From: an uncultured Dehalococcoidales bacterium
GTDB lineage: Bacteria > Chloroflexota > Dehalococcoidia > Dehalococcoidales > CAYYQY01
Assembly (NCBI GenBank): GCA_964473905.1
Contig: CAYYQY010000003.1
Span: 20,546-84,545 of the forward strand
Direction: 5' to 3'
Length of the DNA: 64,000 bases
The first letter of the stretch is position 1. Every line of letters starts with the position of its first letter. The translations under genes were made by a program, and so were the position numbers. Below the pieces are notes generated by a model. That model was not told the origin of the DNA. It saw only the letters and a list, made by a program, of their open reading frames with translations, and ran no database searches. Below, piece after piece: positions 55,458-64,000 of this stretch.

Positions 55458-57575
55458 TTAGGTCTCGGTGGTCTCAACTTTGCTCTTATGAGCGCACTTG
55501 GTGCATTTTGCCCACTTGCTTCTGTAGAGAGTTTGCATGCTGCCGCATTTGGGACATGGTTCGGGTAACGGCCTGAAGTTCGTGGCAAACTGGCAATCGG
55601 GGTAGTTGCTGCAGCCAAAGAAGGTACGTCTTTTTTTATTCAGCTTCTCTACCAGCTCGCTGCCACACTCCGGACATTTAACGCCGGTTTTTATTTGATA
55701 GGACTTGCTGTATTTACATTCCGGATAACCGCTGCAGGCGAGGAATTTACCGTAACGCCCGGTTTTGATAGCCAACTGCCTGTTGCACTTGGGGCAGGTC
55801 TCATCCACCAGTTCGTCCGCCATCTCAACTTTCTCCAAGAGTGAAGAGGCTTGGGTTAAGTTTATTTCAAAGGGTGTATAGAAATCCCGGATAACGCTGG
55901 TCCAGTCTCTATGCTCGCTGACTATCTCGTCCAGTTCCTGTTCCATGCGGGCGGTAAAACCGATATCGATTACATCGCTGAAGTACTGGGCGAGTATATC
56001 ATTGACTATGATACCCAGCTCCGTAGTGTGGAAGGTGCCGGCACTGCGAGTGACATACTCCCGCTCCTGAATAGTGGATAGAATGGGCGCATAGGTGCTG
56101 GGACGGCCTATCCCCTCCTGCTCCAGGGATTTGACCAGTGTCGCCTCGGTAAAGCGGGGTGGGGGTTGCGTAAAATGCTGCTCAGGATTAAGTTTGACGA
56201 GGACAAGGGCGTCTTCCTTTTCCAGGTGCGGTAGAGGCGAGCTTTTATTCGCCGTCTTGTCTGTCTCGTCCTTTCCCTCCGTGTAAAGGACGGTAAACCC
56301 GGCAAAGATGAGGTCGGAGCTGGAAGCTCGGAGCAGGTAGTTGGAAGTGGGGTGCGAGAGGCTGGCTTTAATATCCACTGTAATGTTATTAAAGGTGGCC
56401 GCTGACATCTGGCTGGCTATCATTCTTTGCCAGATAAGCTGGTACAGCTTGAACTGGTTGCTGGTAAGGTGTTGCTTGATGATAGACGGTTCCCGCCGGG
56501 TACTGGTTGGACGTATAGCCTCATGGGCCTCCTGGGCTCCTTTTACCTTGCGGGAAAAGGAACGGGCGTGGGGTGGTAAAAATTGAGGGCCGTACTTGTC
56601 GCTGATGAATTCCCGGGTTTCGGTAACGGCATGGTTTGCTACCCGGGTTGAATCTGTACGCATATAGGTGATAAGGCCAACCGTGCCTTCGCTGCCTACA
56701 GGCAGCCCTTCGTAAAGCTGCTGGGCAATAGCCATGGTTTGTTTAGCGGTAAAACGCAGCTTGCGCCAGGCTTCCTGTTGCAGGGTGCTGGTGATAAAGG
56801 GCGGCGGCGGCTGGCGGGTGGCTTTCTTGCTACCTACTTTAGCTACTTGGTAGCTCGCCTCTTTAAGTCCCTGGCAAATCTTATCGGCTTCCGTCTGGGT
56901 ATGAATATGCAGCCTGGTACCGTTAAGGTGGCCGATAAGCGTGGCTTTGAAAATGCTATTCCCTTCGGCGCCGGTGTGCTTTTTTAGTTCGGCATCCACG
57001 GACCAGTATTCTTCCTTGACGAACTGCTGGATTTCCCTTTCACGGTCAACGATTATACGTAAGGCCACTGACTGTACCCGGCCTGCGGACAGGCGCTTGC
57101 GCACCTTGTTCCAGAGGAGCGGGCTAATCTTGTAGCCTACCAGCCTGTCCAGGATACGGCGTGCCTGCTGGGCGTTTACTAGTTGAATGTCAATAGACCG
57201 GGGATGTTTGAAAGCGTGCAGCACCGCCTCCTTTGTTATCTCATGGAAAGTGACTCGCTGATACGGTACATCGTTAGTTCGGGTTACCTCGGCCAGATGC
57301 CATGATATGGCCTCTCCCTCGCGGTCAGGGTCTGTTGCCAGGTAGACGGTGGAAGCTGACTTTATCGCCTCTTTTAGCTCCTGAACTACCTTCCTTTTAT
57401 CTTTGGGTACAACGTATTTGGGGGTAAAGTCGTGCTCTACATCAACACCCAGGCGGCTTCTCGGCAGGTCACGCACATGACCCAGCGATGCCTTAAGAGT
57501 GTAGCCTTTACCCAGTATCTTACCGAGAGTTCTCGCCTTCGCCGGTGATTCCACAATAACCAGTTTGTTTGTCAT
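55458..57575 (-). CDS. topA: DNA topoisomerase I
   Basis: 705 aa. TOPRIM LVIVESPAKARTL, active-site region ITYMRTDSTR, and three C-terminal zinc ribbons (CPKC.., CPEC.., CPKC..). Confidence 0.96.
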   Translation of the reverse strand: MTNKLVIVESPAKARTLGKILGKGYTLKASLGHVRDLPRSRLGVDVEHDFTPKYVVPKDKRKVVQELKEAIKSASTVYLATDPDREGEAISWHLAEVTRTNDVPYQRVTFHEITKEAVLHAFKHPRSIDIQLVNAQQARRILDRLVGYKISPLLWNKVRKRLSAGRVQSVALRIIVDREREIQQFVKEEYWSVDAELKKHTGAEGNSIFKATLIGHLNGTRLHIHTQTEADKICQGLKEASYQVAKVGSKKATRQPPPPFITSTLQQEAWRKLRFTAKQTMAIAQQLYEGLPVGSEGTVGLITYMRTDSTRVANHAVTETREFISDKYGPQFLPPHARSFSRKVKGAQEAHEAIRPTSTRREPSIIKQHLTSNQFKLYQLIWQRMIASQMSAATFNNITVDIKASLSHPTSNYLLRASSSDLIFAGFTVLYTEGKDETDKTANKSSPLPHLEKEDALVLVKLNPEQHFTQPPPRFTEATLVKSLEQEGIGRPSTYAPILSTIQEREYVTRSAGTFHTTELGIIVNDILAQYFSDVIDIGFTARMEQELDEIVSEHRDWTSVIRDFYTPFEINLTQASSLLEKVEMADELVDETCPKCNRQLAIKTGRYGKFLACSGYPECKYSKSYQIKTGVKCPECGSELVEKLNKKRRTFFGCSNYPDCQFATNFRPLPEPCPKCGSMQTLYRSKWAKCTKCAHKSKVETTET

Positions 57576-57579
57576 CCAG

Positions 57580-58707
57580 TTAATCCACCCTTACATTGTA
57601 TTCCTTACTTACCTCGCGAGCTATAACATAACTCATAATACCTACCTGCTTCACCAGCCCTTTGAGCTCCATCATGCTCAGGGTGCTGCTGACTGTAGCT
57701 ATAGGGAGGCTGCTGGCACGGCAAATATCATCAATATGCGTAGGTTCGCCGGTGAGCCCATTCAGCAACAGCGACTCGGTATCGGAGGCGGGTATGAGTT
57801 CTGTCATCTCCATCTGTTGTGCTACCTGAGTATAGTTTAATTCCACCAGGATATCCGTGTAGTTACGGACCAGCTTGGCACCTTCCTGGATAAGGAGATT
57901 GGTGCCGCGGCTCGCCGGTGATAAAATGCTGCCCGGAACGGCAAAAACCTCCCGGTTCTGTTCCAGTGCCAGATGCGCCGTAATCAGGGCGCCGCTTGAC
58001 TCCCCGGCTTCAATGACCAGCACGCCCGGGCTAAGTCCGCTTAAAATCCGGTTGCGGCGGGGGAAGTTATCGGGTCTGGGTCGGGTACCCAGGGGGTATT
58101 CGCTTATTAAGGCCCCCTGTTGAGAGAGACTGCGGGCTAAACTGGTGTTCTCGTGCGGGTATACCGTGTCCAGTCCCGAGGCGAATACGGCGATGCTTCT
58201 ACCCCCGGCGTCCAGCGCGCTGCGGTGGGCCATAGTATCTATGCCTTTCGCCAGACCGCTGACGATAGTAATATTACTACGTGCCAGATCGGCTACTATT
58301 TCATCTGTCACCTGACGGCCGTAGATGGAAGCCCGGCGGCTGCCGACAACTGCCAGACACCACTCATCGGCGGGTAGCAGGGAACCTTTTACATATAAAA
58401 GGGGCGGGCAATCATATATTTCTTTGAGCCGGGAAGGGAAATCATCATCGTGCCAGGTAAGCGTCCTGACGCCATATTTTTCCAGCTTTTCCATTTCCGC
58501 ATCCGGTGATATTCTGGGACGCCAGGTATTGATGCTGCGAATGGTACTGCTTTCCAGTCCGGCTTGCTTTAAGTCAGCGGATGAGGCTAGCCAAGCGTCC
58601 TCAAGACTACCGAAGTAGTTCTCAAGTTGGGCAAATCTAACTCGCCCGATGCCGGGGATAATGCTGAAACCTACCCGGTATTTCTTATCATTACGTAACG
58701 TATCCAA
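57580..58707 (-). CDS. dprA: DNA processing protein DprA/Smf
   Basis: 375 aa. Rossmann-like core VVGSRRASIYG..IVSGLAKGID..H and a C-terminal winged-helix. TTG start with no obvious SD. Confidence 0.88.
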   Translation of the reverse strand: MDTLRNDKKYRVGFSIIPGIGRVRFAQLENYFGSLEDAWLASSADLKQAGLESSTIRSINTWRPRISPDAEMEKLEKYGVRTLTWHDDDFPSRLKEIYDCPPLLYVKGSLLPADEWCLAVVGSRRASIYGRQVTDEIVADLARSNITIVSGLAKGIDTMAHRSALDAGGRSIAVFASGLDTVYPHENTSLARSLSQQGALISEYPLGTRPRPDNFPRRNRILSGLSPGVLVIEAGESSGALITAHLALEQNREVFAVPGSILSPASRGTNLLIQEGAKLVRNYTDILVELNYTQVAQQMEMTELIPASDTESLLLNGLTGEPTHIDDICRASSLPIATVSSTLSMMELKGLVKQVGIMSYVIAREVSKEYNVRVD

Positions 58708-58949
58708 AGCAGTGCCATTCTAGCATAGAGGTAGATTATAGACAATTTGGCAAGTAAACGTAATTATATTACGTCGTGGCTTCTGGCAGGGCGGTCAGGA
58801 AGGCATAAGGAATGTATTTAGTAAGTAGATAATTTGGGTGAAGTAAGAAGAATATTTAAGTGGAGAAGGTGACTTCAGTATATTTTATATATAACTAAAG
58901 TAATATCGCAGGATGGATAATAGTAGTCGTATAGTAAGCCAGAAGGAAG

Positions 58950-59038
<89 letters not shown>

Positions 59039-59055
59039 GTAAGATAATATTAAAC

Positions 59056-59146
59056 TGGCGGAGAGGGTGGGATTCGAACCCACGCTCCGCTGTAGGCGGA
59101 GACCGCTTTTCGAGAGCGGCACCATGAACCACTCGGACACCTCTCC
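59056..59146 (-). tRNA. tRNA-Ser (anticodon CGA), CCA encoded
   Basis: Acceptor GGAGAGG/CCTCTCC, anticodon stem CCGCT/AGCGG with loop CTCGAAA, long variable arm CTCCGC-CTACA-GCGGAG, and the same T-arm and 3' end as the neighbouring tRNA-Ser. An extended -10 (TGGTATAAT on the minus strand, 59158-59166) lies just upstream. Confidence 0.9.
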
Positions 59147-59236
59147 AACGAAAAATAATTATACCATATGCTTTACAGTGTTGCCTCATTTTAATTATAG
59201 TAGTACTTACTGCCTTATTTATGGAGCGAATAGCTA

Positions 59237-60238
59237 TTGGTCTGGTTTAAGTTTTTACTGTGTCTTGTCATCATACTGTTCGCTGGCACCAAGCTGGCCC
59301 GGTATGGTGATGCCATTGCCGAGAAAACGAATCTGGGGCGAATATGGATAGGGCTGATACTTATTGCAGCCGTAACCTCCATGCCCGAGTTTGTTACCGG
59401 GATAAGTGCCGCGGCCTTGGTGGAAAAGCCAGATTTAGCTTTGGGAACTCTGCTGGGAAGCTGTATCTTTAATCTCGCTATTATTGGCTTACTGGATATC
59501 ATGAGCTACAGAGTACCGATATTATACGGGGCGAGTTCAAGGCATATACTGGCGGCGGTTGTCGGCATTGTGCTCGCGGTTATCGCCTGCGGCGGTATCC
59601 TGGGCGGGGACGTATTATCCAGGTTTTCGCTCGGCTGGGTCGGCGTGGTTGGTTTTCTGCTGCCGGTGGTATATATCCTGGGTATGAGGCGCATGTTTCT
59701 CATTGAGCAGAAACATAAAATAGCGTTGGCGCCAGCGGTCAAGATGCGGTATGGAGAGCTATCCAGTAAAGAGGTTTACCTGAAATTTGCCTTGGCTTCG
59801 GTGGCCGTAATTGGCGTTGGCATATGGCTCTCCTTCGTCGGTGATGAAATAGCTGTGACTACCGGTTGGAATGACAGCTTTGTGGGCAGTCTCTTTCTGG
59901 CCATCACCACCTCGGCGCCGGAACTGGTGGTTGCCATCACTGCTCTCCGCATCGGCGCTGTTGACATGGCGGTGGCTGACATACTGGGTGCTAATATGCT
60001 GGATATAGCCCACGTCTTTACCGTTGACCTTTTCTATACCAAAGGGGTTATACTCTCTGCCGCATCAAACGCTCATATCATAACCATGGGAATAATTATT
60101 ATTATGAGCCTGCTGGTTATTCTAGGGCTGCGTTTTAAACAGAGCCGCAAGACATTTGTGTATATAAGCTGGTACGGTGTGGTTTTGATTGGTCTCTATC
60201 TATTTAGTGCCTACGCCCTTTTCGTGGCGGTGGTATAG
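59237..60238 (+). CDS. Ca2+/cation antiporter (CaCA, sodium/calcium exchanger membrane-region family)
   Basis: 333 aa polytopic membrane protein with two alpha-repeat-like segments (AAVTSMPEFVTGISA and AITTSAPELVVAITA). TTG start. Confidence 0.75.
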   Translation: MVWFKFLLCLVIILFAGTKLARYGDAIAEKTNLGRIWIGLILIAAVTSMPEFVTGISAAALVEKPDLALGTLLGSCIFNLAIIGLLDIMSYRVPILYGASSRHILAAVVGIVLAVIACGGILGGDVLSRFSLGWVGVVGFLLPVVYILGMRRMFLIEQKHKIALAPAVKMRYGELSSKEVYLKFALASVAVIGVGIWLSFVGDEIAVTTGWNDSFVGSLFLAITTSAPELVVAITALRIGAVDMAVADILGANMLDIAHVFTVDLFYTKGVILSAASNAHIITMGIIIIMSLLVILGLRFKQSRKTFVYISWYGVVLIGLYLFSAYALFVAVV

Positions 60239-60366
60239 ACGGGGCCTGCCGGCACGCTATCATTTCTGTTGCCAATTACAGTCCATATAGGTTATAATAA
60301 AACATCTCCTTTCAGCGCACTGCGTTACTTCCCAGGTTTTGTTATTACAACCGACATATCCTTTTC

Positions 60367-60396
60367 TTGCTATAAAATATATCTATAGGTTAGAAT
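60367..60396 (+). promoter_or_regulatory. Sigma-70-type promoter for tRNA-Arg (and possibly the por operon)
   Basis: TTGCTA (60367-60372), an 18-nt spacer, then TAGAAT (60391-60396), 9 nt before the tRNA 5' end. A similar box pair (TTGCCA-18-TATAAT) lies about 95 nt further upstream. Confidence 0.4.
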
Positions 60397-60405
60397 AATT
60401 AACTA

Positions 60406-60478
60406 GCCCCTGTAGCTCAGGTGGATAGAGCACCAGCCTCCGGAGCTGGTTGCGAGCGTTCGAGTCGCTCCAGGGGCA
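60406..60478 (+). tRNA. tRNA-Arg (anticodon CCG), CCA not encoded
   Basis: Acceptor GCCCCTG/CAGGGGC, D-arm GCTC..GAGC, anticodon stem CCAGC/GCTGG with loop CTCCGGA, T-arm GAGCG-TTCGAGT-CGCTC, discriminator A. Confidence 0.9.
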
Positions 60479-60506
60479 TTTTCTATATGGTAAGCAGGAG
60501 GCAAAG

Positions 60507-61082
60507 GTGACAGAGAAAAGTGAGCTTATTGAGATCAGGTGGCATGGTAGAGGCGGTCAGGGAGGAGTAACGTCTGCGGAGTTGGTGGCACAGGCTGCCA
60601 TAAGTGAAGGACGTTACGGTCAGGCTTTTCCCAGTTTTGGTCCGGAAAGAAGGGGTGCCCCGGTACTGGCTTTTATCCGGGTGAGTAACCAGCCTATCCG
60701 GTTGCGGATGGAGATTACGGAGCCTGACGTGATTGTAGTACTCGATCCGGGGCTGCTGCCTATAGTCAATGTGACTTCCGGTCTCAAACCCGGAGGTATA
60801 GCGGTGGTTAACACCAGGAAATCTCCCGAGGAAATCAGAGAAGAATTTAAAATAGACTGGCAAATAGCTACCGTAAATGCTACCAGAATTGCCCGCGAGC
60901 TGCTGGGAGTCCCTATTACTAATACCACCATGATCGGTGCCCTGGTCAGGGTTACCGGATTGGTCAACATGGAATCACTGGTAGCGCCGGTGGAGCACCG
61001 TTTTGGCCGACTGGCGGAACGGAATATTAATGCTATGAAAAGGGCTTACGAGGAAACCATAGTAAAGGAGCGTAAGAAGTGA
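60507..61082 (+). CDS. porC: Pyruvate/2-oxoacid:ferredoxin oxidoreductase, gamma subunit
   Basis: IEIRWHGRGGQGGVTSAELVA signature. I place the start at GTG 60507 (AGGAGG at 60495-60500). The track's start at 60450 lies inside the tRNA-Arg gene. Confidence 0.88.
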   Translation: MTEKSELIEIRWHGRGGQGGVTSAELVAQAAISEGRYGQAFPSFGPERRGAPVLAFIRVSNQPIRLRMEITEPDVIVVLDPGLLPIVNVTSGLKPGGIAVVNTRKSPEEIREEFKIDWQIATVNATRIARELLGVPITNTTMIGALVRVTGLVNMESLVAPVEHRFGRLAERNINAMKRAYEETIVKERKK

Positions 61083-61372
61083 CGAAGCGGGAAAATGAGA
61101 TAACCTGGAAGGATGTGGGTGTTGGCGGTATTGTAGAGGAGGCCGGAAATGCCAGCCAGTATGAGAGCGGTACCTGGCGCTCACAGAGACCTACCTATGA
61201 CTTTAGCCGGTGTATCAAATGCGGCCTTTGCCAGCTCTTCTGCCCCGAGGGCTGCATTGAGCAGAATGCTGAAGGGTACTTCGAAGCCAACATGTATTAC
61301 TGTAAAGGGTGTGGTATTTGTGCTCGTGAGTGCTGGACGAAAGTTATTACCATGGTAGAGGAGGAGGAGTAA
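61079..61372 (+). CDS. porD: Pyruvate/2-oxoacid:ferredoxin oxidoreductase, delta (2x[4Fe-4S]) subunit
   Basis: 97 aa. CIKCGLCQLFCP and CKGCGICARECW. GTGA overlap with porC. Confidence 0.88.
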   Translation: MTKRENEITWKDVGVGGIVEEAGNASQYESGTWRSQRPTYDFSRCIKCGLCQLFCPEGCIEQNAEGYFEANMYYCKGCGICARECWTKVITMVEEEE

Positions 61373-62547
61373 TGGCCGAGAGAGTTGGGATAGAGGTTTC
61401 GCTGGCGGTAGCTGAAGCGGCAATGATGGCCAACACCGACGTGGTGGCGGCTTATCCTATAACGCCGCAGACTCACATAGTAGAGCATCTTGCCGAGCTG
61501 GTGGCAGACGGCGCGTTGGATGCCGCCTATATACCGGTTGAATCTGAGCACTCGGCCATGAGCGCCTGTCTGGGGGCATCAGCAGCCGGTGCCAGGACAT
61601 TTACCGCTACTGCCGGGCAGGGTCTGGAGCTAATGCACGAAGTGCTCTATGTCGCTTCAAATATGCAACTGCCGGTGGTTATGGCAGTAGCCAACAGGGC
61701 GCTGTCATCACCACTCAGTGTATGGGGTGACCATTCCGATGTTATGTCGGTACGTGACACCGGGTGGATTCAGATATTTGTTGAGAACGGGCAGGAATCC
61801 CTGGATAACGTACTGTGTGCTTTCCGTATAGCGGAAGACCCCCGGGTATTGCTGCCTATCATGGTTCACCTGGACGGGTTCTATCTGTCGCACGTAATCG
61901 AGCCGATAGTCTACCCTGAGCAGAGTGAAGTTGATAAATTTATCCCCCCCTTCAAATACGCACTGCGCCTGGATACCGATAACCCGGTCAGCATGGGCAC
62001 TTTCGCGCCGCCTGTCGTCTATTCGGAGACGAAAAAAGCGCAGGAGTTGCATTTGAGAAGCACGAAAGAGGTAATCCTGGAGTGCTGGCGTGAGTTCGGC
62101 AAACAATTCGGACGTAATTACTGCCCGGTAGAGAGCTATCACGCGGAAGATGCCAGTATACTAATGTTGACTATGGGTAGTTTCAGTGAGACGGCGATGA
62201 CGGCGGTGGATAAACTCAGGGGTGAAGGAATGGATGTCGGGCTGGTAAGGCTCCGCTTATGGCGTCCCTTCCCCTTTGAGGAGTTGCGCGAGGCAGTTAA
62301 GAATGCTGACGTGCTCATCGTTCTGGACAGGGCAATTTCCTACGGCGGACCCGGCGGCCCGGTATGCTCCGAGATCAGGTCGGCTTTATATAACGAAGTA
62401 AAGAAGCCGAAGGTAGTTGGCTTCGTTGGCGGTCTGGGTGGCAGAGATATTACCGTAGCTGGATTTGAGGATATAATCAAGAAGGGTCTGGATATCTCTC
62501 AAAACGGAAGCGAAGAAGAATTCGAGATATACGGAGTGAGAGAATAA
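61372..62547 (+). CDS. porA: Pyruvate/2-oxoacid:ferredoxin oxidoreductase, alpha subunit
   Basis: MAERVGIEVSLAVAEAAMMANTDVVAAYPITPQT. ATG at 61372 overlaps the porD stop (TAATG). The track's start at 61330 lies inside porD. Confidence 0.9.
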   Translation: MAERVGIEVSLAVAEAAMMANTDVVAAYPITPQTHIVEHLAELVADGALDAAYIPVESEHSAMSACLGASAAGARTFTATAGQGLELMHEVLYVASNMQLPVVMAVANRALSSPLSVWGDHSDVMSVRDTGWIQIFVENGQESLDNVLCAFRIAEDPRVLLPIMVHLDGFYLSHVIEPIVYPEQSEVDKFIPPFKYALRLDTDNPVSMGTFAPPVVYSETKKAQELHLRSTKEVILECWREFGKQFGRNYCPVESYHAEDASILMLTMGSFSETAMTAVDKLRGEGMDVGLVRLRLWRPFPFEELREAVKNADVLIVLDRAISYGGPGGPVCSEIRSALYNEVKKPKVVGFVGGLGGRDITVAGFEDIIKKGLDISQNGSEEEFEIYGVRE

Positions 62548-63482
62548 TGGAAAAATACGCTATATATGTACCGAGACTGGTAGCCCAAAAGGAGAACTTT
62601 GCCCCAGGGCACCGGGCATGTATCGGCTGCGGTGAAGCCCTGGCTGTCAGGCAGGCCTTCAAAGCGTTAGGGCAGAACGTTATAGTGGTTAACGCTACCG
62701 GTTGCATGGAGATTGTAGCCTCGCAGTTCCCTTATACCTCGTGGCGGCTCCCTTGGATTCATACTTTATTTGAGAATACGGCGGCCGTTGCCTCCGGCGT
62801 TGAGGCGGCCTTAAAGGTCATGATAAGGAAAGGGAAGCGTCCGGATAGGAATGACAAGATTGTAGCTATTGCCGGTGACGGCGGTACCAGCGATATCGGT
62901 CTTCAGGCACTATCCGGGGCTATGGAGAGAGGTCACGATTTCACCTACATTTGCTTTGATAACGAAGCCTATATGAATACTGGTATCCAGAGGTCTTCGT
63001 CAACCCCATTTGGTGCTTTTACCACGACGTCACCGATAGGCAGAAAGAGTTTCGGGCAGTTCAGCTGGAAAAAGGATATGCCGGCTATAGCGGTCGCCCA
63101 CAACATACCCTATGTAGCCACGGCATGCCACAGCTACCCGTTTGATCTGATGGAAAAGGTGGCTCGGGCAGTGGCCACACCCGGCCCGGCTTATGTTCAT
63201 GTGCTTTCGGTTTGTCCTACCGGCTGGCGGTCTACCCCCGACCTGACGGTAAGATTGGGACGGCTGGCGGTGGAGACGGGTGTATTCCCGCTATACGAGG
63301 TGGTTAACGGCAAATATAACCTTACCTTTGATGTAGCTGAGTTAAGGCCGATTAATGACTATATGAAGTTGCAGGGCAGGTTCAGACATCTGAGTGATAA
63401 CAATATAGAAATTATCCAGAATCGAGTAAGAGAAGAATACACCAAAATCAGGGACAAAGCTAAACTAGAGGGTGCAAAGTGA
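62547..63482 (+). CDS. porB: Pyruvate/2-oxoacid:ferredoxin oxidoreductase, beta (TPP-binding) subunit
   Basis: 311 aa. CIGCGEAL, TPP motif IAGDGGTSDIGLQALSG..FDNEAYMNTG. Confidence 0.9.
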   Translation: MEKYAIYVPRLVAQKENFAPGHRACIGCGEALAVRQAFKALGQNVIVVNATGCMEIVASQFPYTSWRLPWIHTLFENTAAVASGVEAALKVMIRKGKRPDRNDKIVAIAGDGGTSDIGLQALSGAMERGHDFTYICFDNEAYMNTGIQRSSSTPFGAFTTTSPIGRKSFGQFSWKKDMPAIAVAHNIPYVATACHSYPFDLMEKVARAVATPGPAYVHVLSVCPTGWRSTPDLTVRLGRLAVETGVFPLYEVVNGKYNLTFDVAELRPINDYMKLQGRFRHLSDNNIEIIQNRVREEYTKIRDKAKLEGAK

Positions 63483-64000
63483 ATAAAGTAGTATTCAGCA
63501 GTTGGGCAGACAGTATTATTGATAACAGAGGTCTTGAGGCGGATAAATATAAGGATGCGGAGAACCTGGGAATACCTCTGGAATATGATAAACATCAGAT
63601 AAAGGCTTTCATGTCCTGGAACGGCGTGGTACTGGCTGACGGCAGTGTTAATATTATAGACATGCTTAATGCCTATATTAAGGAAGTAGCCAGGCTTAGC
63701 TGCGGTCAGTGCAGCGTCGGCTATCTGGGTATTAAAGCCATAAAGGCCATATTGGGAAAAATTACAGGCGGCGCCGGTGCGGAGAGTGACGTCCAGTCGC
63801 TAAAGAGATTAGCCGCCAATGTGAAGGAAAATACGCGGTGTGATTTCTGTGCGTCAGCGGTAACCCCTGTTCTGGATACGATAAATTATTTTAGTGATGA
63901 ATTTGATAAGCTCATAACTGGTAAAGGTAGCATACCACAGTCATCATATGTGACCAGAGTAACTGCCCCCTGTATGGCTGCCTGCCCGGCACATCAGGAT
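63479..64000 (+). CDS. NuoF-type Fe-S domain fused to a GltD/NfnB-like NAD(P)H oxidoreductase; N-terminal part only, runs off the right edge
   Basis: Not in the track because it is open-ended. My translation from GTG 63479 (GTGA overlap with the porB stop) reads VNKVVFSSWADSII...LSCGQCSVGYLG...TRCDFCASA...TAPCMAACPAHQD. SCGQC resembles the NuoF soluble-ligand/4Fe-4S region. CMAACPAHQD resembles the N-terminus of glutamate-synthase small-subunit-like proteins. Confidence 0.55.
   Translation, partial: MNKVVFSSWADSIIDNRGLEADKYKDAENLGIPLEYDKHQIKAFMSWNGVVLADGSVNIIDMLNAYIKEVARLSCGQCSVGYLGIKAIKAILGKITGGAGAESDVQSLKRLAANVKENTRCDFCASAVTPVLDTINYFSDEFDKLITGKGSIPQSSYVTRVTAPCMAACPAHQD

Noticed and set aside
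58861-58930. An AT-rich stretch (gacttcagtatattttatatataactaaag) that looked superficially dif-like or att-like near tRNA genes
   Set aside because: Comparison with the XerD-arm consensus TTATGTTAAAT (either strand) gives only about half matching positions. There is no integrase or foreign genes adjacent, and no direct repeat of the tRNA 3' end.
60450-60506. N-terminal extensions in the ORF track: porC from 60450, porA from 61330, aspS from 35841, GlmU-like paralog 2 from 12801
   Set aside because: The extensions run into a tRNA gene, the preceding gene, a promoter -35 box, or the gene's own SD. Internal GTG/ATG/TTG codons with proper GGAGG spacing give N-termini that match family expectations.

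Overview
This 64-kb window is almost fully coding: about 54 protein genes and 3 tRNAs. I saw no rRNA, CRISPR array, transposase or prophage signal. The gene content points to a strict anaerobe: pyruvate/2-oxoacid:ferredoxin oxidoreductase, Thi4-type thiazole synthase, the COG1900 / NIL-ferredoxin / COG2122 homocysteine route, archaeal-style GlmS-GlmM-GlmU genes, HdrD/GlcF-like CCG iron-sulfur proteins and a cytoplasmic molybdopterin enzyme. GTG and TTG starts behind strong GGAGG sites are very frequent. My guess is a Chloroflexota/Dehalococcoidia-like bacterium, but that cannot be established from the sequence alone. Housekeeping genes recognised are mfd (partial), gyrA, glmS, pyrF, folC, galU, alaS, ruvX, tgt, nadA, aspS, tig, clpP, efp, an M24 aminopeptidase, xerC, topA, dprA and porCDAB. 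Five things deserve a second look. (1) A tightly packed 10-gene minus-strand sulfur-incorporation operon (27871-35148) joins the COG1900/NIL-Fdx/COG2122 homocysteine genes to nadA, thi4, an FdhD-like protein that lacks the canonical Cys pair, a ThiF/MoeB E1, a ThiS/MoaD carrier, a COG2070 FMN enzyme and a second NIL protein. (2) A 9-kb block between topA and xerC (46282-55276) holds two diverged copies of a FAD/FAD/CCG-FeS three-gene module in permuted order, and the two FeS genes share a 343-bp near-identical gene-conversion tract. (3) A stand-alone cytoplasmic molybdopterin oxidoreductase sits between tig and clpP and carries an acetylene-hydratase-like Cys-Asp motif. (4) Two operon promoters look leaderless. 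(5) Two gene-level oddities: ruvX has no canonical start codon for its conserved N-terminus, and EF-P has a shortened non-PGKG loop.
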